From contig QPMI01000236.1 in the NCBI GenBank assembly GCA_004431415.1, positions 15,064 through 79,063 of the forward strand: 64,000 nucleotides of DNA, in the 5' to 3' direction. A model generated the notes under the pieces. It made no database searches, had not been told where the DNA came from, and saw nothing but the letters and a program-made list of their open reading frames with translations. This document shows positions 60,801 through 64,000 of this stretch, one piece after another (within the stretch, counting starts at the first letter, position 1; every line of letters starts with the position of its first letter). The position numbers and the translations under genes are program-made. The stretch is from Cyanophora paradoxa CCMP329. Lineage: Eukaryota > Plantae > Glaucophyta.

Positions 60801-62768
60801 ACCGCGAGAGCGGCTGCGCGGCGCCGGCGGCTTCAGAACAGAGAACAAAGAGCGCTCTCGTTGGCGTCTTCGCCGGCGTAGATTTAGATCAGACGGTCCA
60901 CCTAAATAGAGCCTCCAGGCAGGGGTACGGGCGCGGACCTTGTGGGGGGCGGAGACGAGGCGGTGGACGGGGGTACGGCGCGCTCCCCGCGGGGCGATGG
61001 CCTCCGCCACGCAGAGCGACTCCAGCAGCGCGAACGCCGTGCTGCGCCGCGGGGGCGGGGGCGGGGGGCGTCAGCTGCAGGCCGGCCGCGGCACGGCGCG
61101 CGGGCCTAGATCTCTAGATCTAGATCTAATGGATCTCTAGGGACCGCCTCTCTAGATGGATCTCATGGATCTCTAGATCTCTCGGACCGCCGCGATCTCC
61201 AGATCTAGATCTCGTGGAGAGACATGCACGGGTACGACGCACTCGGAGAGGACGATCTCGTCGTCCTTGCTCGCCTGCATCGCCTCGCACGCTGCCCCGA
61301 ACGAAGTTTCACGAAAGGAGGGGGGGGGGGGGGGGGGGGGGGGTAGTAGGGGGGACGAGCCTTGGCGGATCAGATCCCCCGTGAACACGGCCTGGGCGGC
61401 GCCCTCGGAGCCGCCGCCCTGTAGCATGTACGCCTGCATCTCGCCAGAGCCTGCGGGGGGTACGCGTCGGTCGGACATCGGATCTGGAAGCGGGCGCGCT
61501 CGTTCTGATTCGGCGATCCGCACCTATCGATGTGTGCGCGGTGAGCCGGAACCCGTTGCGCGTAAAAGAGATCGATCGGATGTCGAGTGCGGCCTGAGGG
61601 GAGTGGGGGGAGCCGGGGGGGGGGGGGGGGGTAGAGCGTCAGCGGGGAAGGAGCCAGGGGTACGGCGGCACGGGCGGGTGCGGACGTCGAGGGCCAGTCG
61701 GGTCTGCGAGTAGGACAGTCAGGGGGGTACGAGGAGACGGGCGAGCCGCTAAGAAAGGGGGGTACCGTGGCGCGGAGGTCGATGGCTTCGGAGACGGGTA
61801 TGAAGGCTACGACGGCGTCGCCGGCGAAGAAGAGAACTTCCGCCCGGCGGGAGTGGAGGCCTGCGGCACGGCGGGGGTCAGCGGTGGGAAGGGGGGAAAG
61901 GGGGGTGAGTGGAGGGGAGGAGGTGGGGGGGAGGGGTGGGGCGGGGAGGGGAGGGGGAGGGTACGCACGCCGGACGAGCTGCAGGAAGTAATCCTGCGGC
62001 GAATGGGGGGGGGGGGGAGGGGGGGGGGGGGGGCGGGTTAGGCCGCTGGGAGGCGCCGGACGCACAAAGCAGACGCACGTTGAGGGAAGAGGTGAGCTGC
62101 GGGGTACCCGGGGAGGGCCGGCCGAAGGTAGTGAGCGGCATAGCGGGCGGGCGTGGGAAGGAGAAGGGGGGAGGGGGGGGGGGGGAGGAAGGAAGGGGGA
62201 GGGGGGTACGGACCTTTTCGCTGGCGTTGGCCCCCTCCGAGCGCGTCAGGGCGCGCGCCAGGGCGGAGAAGCCCGTCACGTCGATGAAGATCTGGAGCGG
62301 GGCCCGGGGGTACAGCTTAGCCGGGATCCCGCCGCGGCGGTGCGAGCGCCGGCGCGCGCTCTCTCATTCCGGGCGCACGCATGAGCCGAGGAGACGGGCC
62401 ACAGTGGCCTTCTCGCCGGCCTGGAGGCCCTCGACGAGGGGCGAGGGCCGGCCCTCCACGGCGAAGAGGCCGGAGGGGACGTAGGGCAGGACCAGGTCGA
62501 TGGCGCTCGCGCTCCACTCGCCCTCCCCGCCGCCGCCGCCGCCGCCGCCCGGCGTCAGGGCCTCCGCGCCGAGCCCGGAAGCGACCGACGAGGGGAGGGA
62601 AGGCGGGCCCGGCAGGCCCGGGCCGGGGCCCACGAACACGTAGGACCCCATGCGCGGGCGGGACTCCGGCCCGCGGCCGCCGCGCCCGCTGCCGCCCGGG
62701 GCGGGCGACGAGCTCGCCGGCGCCGGCACCGTCCCCTGCGTCGATTGCTGGCGGAGGCCATCCGTCAT
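48899..62768 (-). CDS. ADCY10-like protein: two class III cyclase domains, a STAND/AAA ATPase and a helical (TPR-like) C-terminus; many exons
   Basis: C1: LPYVP, IFIDVTGFSAL, FFAGDAVV. C2: CNKIFVDDKG, FGLPLFSHEDDAERA, GRIFCGSLG..RREYAWIGDAVIKAARIM, KAKGF. P-loop GDAGYGKT, Walker B ILIDDAQFLDSLSW, ILSRIDQLP, LKLAAVIGTRF and YNSM..RRDAHRRAA. The start (MTDGLRQ) and stop are inferred. Confidence 0.85.
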
Positions 62769-63380
62769 TGCTGCGCGCTCGGCGGGCTGGGAAGACCCCA
62801 AGTGCGGGCTCCGCCAACAGAAAGCCTCAGCAGCGCGTTGCTAACTTCAGCGCCGCGCCAGCTCTCGGTCGCAATGTGCGCCGCCGGGCGCGGTCGCGCG
62901 CATGTTCGGACGCAGAGAGCTAGTCGAACAAGCCTGGATCCGGACGGATCCCTGAAAAAGCCGTTGTCTGCGGCTGCGCCCGAGCGGCCCGGCGGTGAGG
63001 GCTTTGCGCGCCGCTGCCGCGCCCAGTGCTTCGCCGCACTGGCAGCCGCTGAGCGCCTGCCGGCCGCGCGGGCGGGCACGGCGCGCGCACCGGTCCGCGC
63101 GCGCTAGCTATACAGCGCTTCCAGGCCTTCAGCGCTGTCGCCGGCCGAGGCTCGGAGCTGCTCTAGTTCCCCGGGTCCCCTATAGCTAGCTATCCGGGAC
63201 CGATATCCGATGATCGCGCGCAGCCGCTGCAGCGTGCCTAGCTGCTGCGGCGCTGCATGCGCCGCGATGCGCGCTGCGATTCCTGCGAATGCAGCAGAAG
63301 CTTAAGGCGTTGCTGATCGCGGCGCGACTTACAACTAACGGCCAATCAACTTGAAGAATTTCGACTCAGCTACAGGGGTA

Positions 63381-64000
63381 TAGGGCTGAAACAACGGGGG
63401 ACGACATTCGAAACGGGTACTGGGTAATTCTGTTTTTGCAAAAATATGCGCACGTGCAATGACAGTGACGACGTGCATGCGCGCGCCCGCGCGCGCGCGC
63501 ACGTGCACTATAGCTACGTACGCGTATACTACTATAATACTAGTACCGTAGTACCGGCCGCCGGTACTACCATAGTACCGTAGTACGGTAGCTGCAGCCT
63601 GCAGCCTGCAGGCTGCAGGGCTCGGCCCGGCGGAGCTCGAGGCTCGGCGGACTGCAGCGGCAGCACTACTAGTAGTGTTGCTAGTAGTGCAGCGTCGACG
63701 TCGGACTCCGGGAGCCGGCGGGAGGGCGCGCGCCAGCGCACGGGCAGCTGCAGCGGCCGTGGGCCGCGGCCGGGCCCGGCCCGCGGCCGCCGGCGCGTCG
63801 CCGCAGCGGGTATACGTACAGGCGCATGCGCAGCGGCACCGCGCGCAGACATCAAGAGGAGGAGCGCAGCTGCAGCCGCGCAAGCTTAAGCCGCCGACAC
63901 CCGCGCGCTCCGATATCGATCAGAAAGCGGCGCGCGCGGCGTGCCTCGATCACGTACGTATACGCGTGTTCCTCTCCGCTGACCTCAGCGTGTTCCTCTC
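63381..64000 (+). mobile_element. Possible left end of another hAT element, continuing beyond the window
   Basis: TAGGGCTGAAA at 63381-63391 resembles the Ac-type TIR (T/C)AGGGATGAAA and is followed by AACGG motifs. The partner TIR is not visible, and downstream DNA is saturated with micro-palindromes. Confidence 0.35.

Noticed and set aside
1-64000. tRNA, rRNA or snRNA genes
   Set aside because: None recognised by eye. A tRNAscan-SE/Infernal run would be needed to exclude them.

Overview
Eukaryotic, very GC-rich, intron-dense genomic DNA. HYDIN indicates a flagellate. Two plastid transit peptides starting MAF/MALF suggest a glaucophyte such as Cyanophora (inference). The window has three zones. 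(1) 1-3335: the end of an AT-rich Polinton/Maverick-type endogenous element with protein-primed DNA polymerase B, a D-D(35)-E rve integrase and hairpin-rich non-coding DNA. Its coding part is almost free of CpG, and every surviving CpG is CGAA. (2) 3336-12100: a transposon-rich zone with a ~4.7 kb direct/inverted cluster of a non-autonomous Helitron2/Helentron-like element, an intact hAT MITE with an 8-bp TSD, hairpins and minisatellites. (3) 12167-62768: host genes, namely ATG17-like, HYDIN, a plastid VOC/glyoxalase gene head-to-head with a plastid FAD-oxidoreductase::creatininase fusion, two tandem F-box genes, a decayed DUF4145/HEPN-like remnant and an ADCY10-like cyclase-STAND-TPR gene with non-canonical catalytic residues. 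Across non-coding DNA, paralog comparisons show a recurring micro-insertion rule, X -> X-revcomp(X)-X, which is my top candidate for an undescribed process. Exon structures were deduced by eye, so boundaries are approximate. No database searches were run.
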